A stretch of DNA of 64,000 nucleotides from positions 59,612 through 123,611 of the forward strand of contig DLZV01000008.1 of assembly GCA_003447235.1 (NCBI GenBank). Reading direction: 5' to 3'. Each line of letters starts with the position of its first letter. Position 1 is the first letter of the stretch. The notes under the pieces were generated by a model. That model saw nothing but the letters and a program-made list of their open reading frames with translations. It did not search any database and was not told the origin of the DNA. This DNA comes from Prevotella sp. GTDB lineage: Bacteria > Bacteroidota > Bacteroidia > Bacteroidales > Bacteroidaceae. A program made the position numbers and the translations under genes. This document shows, in pieces, positions 62,323-64,000 of the stretch.

Positions 62323-64000
62323 ATGAGAAAGATACTCAAGAGTGATTTCGGGCCGGCGGTGGCGGTAGTCCTCGACCTGCTGGTAGCCTATTTGTTTTTC
62401 ATCCTGGCCCGTGTGGCCTTCCTCGTGGAAAACCGCACGCTCTTTGCCGACACGCTGGCCGACGGCAACCTGGCACGCATCTTCCGGGGCGGCCTCCTTT
62501 TTGACACCTCGGCCATCTTCTACATCAACGCCTTGTGGCTCGTGCTGATGCTCTTCCCCCTGTGGCTGAAGGAAGCACACCTGTGGCACAAGGTGCAGCG
62601 CTGGATCTTTGTGGTGGTCAACGGACTGGCCTTTGCCATCAACCTGGCCGACTCGGTCTATTACCCGTTCACGATGCGACGCACGACGACCAGCGTCTTC
62701 CGCGAGTTTGACAATGAGAACAACCTCGGAGGCATCTTCCTCTCCGCCATCCTCGACCACTGGGTGCTCGTGCTGCTGGGCGTGGCAGCCTTCTTCGCCC
62801 TCTACTTCCTCTACGTCTCCCCGCGCACGGACTACCGCGACTTTCTCACGGGCCGCCAACGGCTGCGCTTCGCAGGAGTCAACTTCGTGGCCCTGGCCCT
62901 GGCTGCCGTGGGCAGTGTGGCTGGTATCAGGGGCGGCCTGCAGTCGGGTGTGCGCCCCATCACGGTCAGCAACGCCGACCAATGGGTGGAGCGGCCCAAG
63001 GAGGCAGCGCTGGTGTTGAACACTCCCTTTGCCCTGCTGCGCACCATCGGCAAGAACGTCTTCTCCATCCCCGACTATTACGCATCCGTCGAAGAGGCCG
63101 CAAAGGTCTTCGACCCCATCCATCCCGCCACGAAGGCACAACCCCACCGCAAGAACGTGGTCATCCTGATCGTCGAGAGTTTCGGCCGCGAGTATATCGG
63201 GGCTTTCAACAAAGACCTGGAGGGAGGACGCTACAAGGGCTATACGCCCAACGTGGATCAGTTGATCGCCAAGAGTTGCGTCTTCGAGTATTCCTTTGCC
63301 AACGGCCATAAGAGCATCGACGGAATGCCCTCGGTCCTGTGCAGCATCCCGATGTTTGTGGAACCCTTCATCCTCACGCCCGCCTCGATGAACACCTACA
63401 CGGGCCTTCCTGGCCTCCTGGCGCGCTGGGGCTACGACACGGCCTTCTTCCACGGAGCCAACCGCGGATCAATGGGCTTCCTGGCCTTTGCCAAGAAGAT
63501 CGGCTTCAAAAACTACTATGGCCGCCAGGACTATGCCGCCGACCCGCGCTTCGGAGGCGACAAGGACTTCGATGGCAACTGGGGTATCTGGGACGAACCC
63601 TTCATGCAGTACTATTGCACGAAGATGGGAGAGATGAAGCAGCCCTTCATGACCGCCATCTTCACCGTCTCAAGCCACCACCCCTTCGTCATTCCCAAGG
63701 AGTACAAGACGGTCTATAAGGAGGAGGGACTCCCCATCCACAAGTGCATCCGCTACACCGACCGTGCCATCGGCCGCTTCTTCGCCTCTGCCTCGAAGCA
63801 GCCGTGGTTCAAGAACACGATCTTCGTCCTCACCTCCGACCATACCAACCAGACGGACCACCCCGAGTACCAGTCGGCCATCGGTGGTTTCTCGGCGCCC
63901 ATTATCATCTACGACCCGTCGGGTGAGATACGGCCCGGCATGCGCTCCGCCACCGTGGCCCAGCAGATCGACATCCTGCCCACCATCCTCGGCCAACTGG
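62323..64000 (+). CDS. LTA-synthase/sulfatase-family membrane phosphotransferase (MdoB/LtaS-like), partial (runs off window end)
   Basis: ATG at 62323 opens a frame with no stop through 64000. Five N-terminal transmembrane helices, then an alkaline-phosphatase-superfamily domain (VVILIVESFGREY, FFHGANRGSMGF, LTSDHT). The ORF track omits it because no stop lies in the window. Confidence 0.75.
   Translation, partial: MRKILKSDFGPAVAVVLDLLVAYLFFILARVAFLVENRTLFADTLADGNLARIFRGGLLFDTSAIFYINALWLVLMLFPLWLKEAHLWHKVQRWIFVVVNGLAFAINLADSVYYPFTMRRTTTSVFREFDNENNLGGIFLSAILDHWVLVLLGVAAFFALYFLYVSPRTDYRDFLTGRQRLRFAGVNFVALALAAVGSVAGIRGGLQSGVRPITVSNADQWVERPKEAALVLNTPFALLRTIGKNVFSIPDYYASVEEAAKVFDPIHPATKAQPHRKNVVILIVESFGREYIGAFNKDLEGGRYKGYTPNVDQLIAKSCVFEYSFANGHKSIDGMPSVLCSIPMFVEPFILTPASMNTYTGLPGLLARWGYDTAFFHGANRGSMGFLAFAKKIGFKNYYGRQDYAADPRFGGDKDFDGNWGIWDEPFMQYYCTKMGEMKQPFMTAIFTVSSHHPFVIPKEYKTVYKEEGLPIHKCIRYTDRAIGRFFASASKQPWFKNTIFVLTSDHTNQTDHPEYQSAIGGFSAPIIIYDPSGEIRPGMRSATVAQQIDILPTILGQL

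Overview
The window is a GC-rich, gene-dense chromosomal region that looks like it comes from a Bacteroidales genome of the Prevotella/Porphyromonas type. Nearly all genes are housekeeping or cell-envelope genes, and I found no transposase, integrase, CRISPR array or recognisable defence cassette.

Coding content, in window order:
- A TlpA-like thioredoxin, three tandem FKBP prolyl isomerases, a Sir2-family deacylase, glutathione peroxidase, lipoate-protein ligase (lplA), a glutaminyl-cyclase-like M28 protein, and a gamma-glutamyl-hydrolase/M19-dipeptidase fusion.
- An AsnC-family regulator, a large type IX secretion (T9SS) cargo protein of unknown function, cysS, an S46 dipeptidyl peptidase (DPP7-like), and the conserved dut/TPR/DUF4292-like/EnvC-like M23 block.
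- An acyl-CoA ligase, prfB, a CYTH protein, efp, a family 2 glycosyltransferase, radC, an MGMT-like protein, a Wzx-type flippase, a DUF4369/thioredoxin-like protein, a dGTPase, and DeoR and AraC regulators.
- gyrB, rpsT, a tRNA-Glu that the ORF track misses, recO, a GH92-GH29-GH2 glycosidase trio, a long uridine-kinase-family protein, miaB, and two tandem paralogous T9SS cargo proteins.
- An MsbA-like ABC exporter and an LTA-synthase-family transferase that runs off the window end.

Main things worth a second look:
1. rpmH (ribosomal protein L34) is frameshifted at a 4-nt G/C homopolymer.
2. Several families of short intergenic repeats recur: a dispersed TATATATAAGGAG motif, 11-bp ATCCCGAAGG tandem repeats at two loci in opposite orientation, and 22-23-bp tandem arrays upstream of the acyl-CoA ligase and the ABC exporter.
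3. Two adjacent paralogous T9SS-secreted proteins keep a strictly conserved CPNCP...CHH...C core while the rest has diverged.
4. A glutaminyl-cyclase gene sits among secreted proteins that almost all begin with Gln after the predicted signal-peptide cut.
5. The EnvC-like M23 protein carries a roughly 190-aa E/R/K/A-rich helical insert and a degenerate LytM domain.
6. A 537-bp structured non-coding region lies between the thioredoxin and FKBP genes.

All product calls rest on motifs I can read in the ORF-track translations. I ran no database searches.
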